NCBI GenBank assembly: GCA_963826115.1
Contig: CAWGVS010000011.1
Coordinates: 160,001 to 224,000, forward strand
Reading direction: 5' to 3'
Length of the DNA stretch: 64,000 bases
From: an uncultured Candidatus Rokubacteria bacterium
GTDB taxonomy: Bacteria; Methylomirabilota; Methylomirabilia; Rokubacteriales; DASRDR01
The position numbers and the translations under genes are program-made. This document shows, piece by piece, positions 62,551-64,000 of the stretch. The number at the start of each line of letters is the position of its first letter. The first letter of the stretch is position 1. Below the pieces are notes generated by a model. That model made no database searches and was not told the DNA's origin. It saw only the letters and a program-made list of their open reading frames with translations.

Positions 62551-64000
62551 GCGGAGGCCCGGGCCGTTCGGCACGTGGGGCCGCCGGCTCGGCCAGCGCG
62601 CCGGCGGACGCTTCGCCGAGCGCGCGGCCGGCCCGGCCGTTCCGTGTCATCGGCACGCGCGTCGGCAAGCTGGATGCGGCCGAAAAGGTCACGGGCGCGG
62701 TCCAGTACCTCCCCGACCTCGAGATCCCGGGGATGGTCTGGGGCAAGATCCTGCGGACGCGCGTGCCGCACGCCCGCATCACGCGGATCGACACGGCCCG
62801 GGCCGAAGCGCTGCCTGGCGTCCTGGGCGTGGTCACGGGCCGGAATGTCGAGCAGCACCCCTTCGGGTTCGCGAAGGACCACCTGGCCCTGAAGGGAGAC
62901 GTGGTCCGCTGCATCCGCGACGAGGTGGCGGCGGTGGCGGCGGAGACCGAGGAGGTCGCGGCGGAGGCGTGCCGGCTGATCGACGTGGAATACGAGGAGC
63001 TGCCGGCGGTCTTCGACCCGGAGGCGGCGCTCCGCCCGGCGGCGCCGCGAATTCACGCGAAGTTCCCGGGTAACCTGGTCAACTTCGCGTACAAGTTCAC
63101 GGCCGGCGATGTCGACCGCGCCTTCCGTGAGGCGGCGATCGTGGTCGAGGGGACGTACCGGCTCAACTACGTCACCACCGCCTGCATCGGGACGATGGCG
63201 GCGATCGCCCAGTGGGACCCGCGCGGAAACCTCACGATGTGGTCGACGACCCAGATCCCGTTCCTCTTCCAGAAGGACCTCGCGGAGGCGCTCGGGATTT
63301 CCGGAGACCGCATCCGGGTCATCCAGCCGCCGGTCGGCGGGAACTTCGGCCGGGGTCTCGATCTCTACCCGATCGACATCATCGCGGCGCTCCTGGCCCG
63401 GCACGTCAGCCGGCCGGTGAAGATCGTGTTCGACCGGGAGGAGGAGTTCGTCGCGAGTCCGACCCGCGAGCCGTGCGTCTTCACGCTGCGCACGGCGGCG
63501 CGCGCGGACGGGACCCTCATCGGACGCGACGCGCGGGTCCTGATCGACAACGGCGCCTACGTGTCCTGGGGGTCGACGACCCCGTACGTCATGATGACGA
63601 CGCTCGCCGGCTTCTACCGCTGCCCGAACGTCCGTTTCGACACGGCGATCGTCTACACGAACAACGTCTACTCGGGCTCGATGCGGGGCTACGGCAACCT
63701 CGAATCGACCTTCGCCGTCGAGGCGCAGATGGACGACCTCGCCGAGCGGCTCGGCCTGGATCGCCTCGAGATCCGGCGCCGGAACGCGAACCGTCCCGGG
63801 GACGTGACGCCGCAAGGGCTCCGGATCACGAGCTGCGCGCTCGCGGAGTGCTTCGACGCGGTCGCACGCGACATCGCGCGGCCCGTCGACCGGCCGCTTC
63901 GGCCCGGCTGGACGCGGGGGATCGGCTACGCCGGCATGTTCCACGTCGGAGGCGGCGCGCGCGTGTACCGCTCCGACGGCTGCGGGGCGATCGTCAAGCT
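62547..64000 (+). CDS. Xanthine dehydrogenase family molybdopterin-binding subunit, runs off window end
   Basis: Translated from GTG 62547 (absent from the ORF track): DAAEKVTG, PHARI, STTQIPF, VGGNFG, DNGAY, SMRGYG. Confidence 0.92.
   Translation, partial: MSGGPGRSARGAAGSASAPADASPSARPARPFRVIGTRVGKLDAAEKVTGAVQYLPDLEIPGMVWGKILRTRVPHARITRIDTARAEALPGVLGVVTGRNVEQHPFGFAKDHLALKGDVVRCIRDEVAAVAAETEEVAAEACRLIDVEYEELPAVFDPEAALRPAAPRIHAKFPGNLVNFAYKFTAGDVDRAFREAAIVVEGTYRLNYVTTACIGTMAAIAQWDPRGNLTMWSTTQIPFLFQKDLAEALGISGDRIRVIQPPVGGNFGRGLDLYPIDIIAALLARHVSRPVKIVFDREEEFVASPTREPCVFTLRTAARADGTLIGRDARVLIDNGAYVSWGSTTPYVMMTTLAGFYRCPNVRFDTAIVYTNNVYSGSMRGYGNLESTFAVEAQMDDLAERLGLDRLEIRRRNANRPGDVTPQGLRITSCALAECFDAVARDIARPVDRPLRPGWTRGIGYAGMFHVGGGARVYRSDGCGAIVK

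Noticed and set aside
61170-64000. 4-hydroxybenzoyl-CoA reductase or form I CO dehydrogenase
   Set aside because: The FAD subunit lacks the Cys-rich [4Fe-4S] insertion of HcrB, and the large subunit has SMRGYG rather than AYxCSFR

Overview
Very GC-rich bacterial chromosomal segment. The gene content (many Liv-type ABC systems, an ABC_sub_bind-type protein, CoA transferases) resembles Ca. Rokubacteria/Methylomirabilota; this is an inference. Many single-base indels break otherwise intact genes (dense at 1.4-8.3 kb, scattered at 10-20, 41.7-42.7 and 54.8-61 kb) and look like long-read errors, so several CDS calls are stitched across frames. The window is dominated by CoA-dependent catabolism and transport: three Liv-type ABC transporters, a Dpp-type transporter, a dispersed 2-aminobenzoyl-CoA (abm-like) pathway, a 3-sulfinopropionyl-CoA desulfinase-like Acd, an arsS radical-SAM (arsenosugar-type) operon, one intact vapBC module and one decayed Doc-type module, and a long run with thiolase, DUF35, a B12-dependent acyl-CoA mutase with an altered active site, methyltransferases, a CoA transferase and a xanthine-dehydrogenase-family Mo enzyme. 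The best candidate for an undescribed system is a SerK/SbnI-like free-serine kinase directly upstream of trpB2 (46230-48523), which would supply the O-phospho-L-serine that TrpB2 enzymes use to make tryptophan from indole. I recognised no rRNA, tRNA, CRISPR array or transposase. All family assignments come from motif recognition, not database searches.
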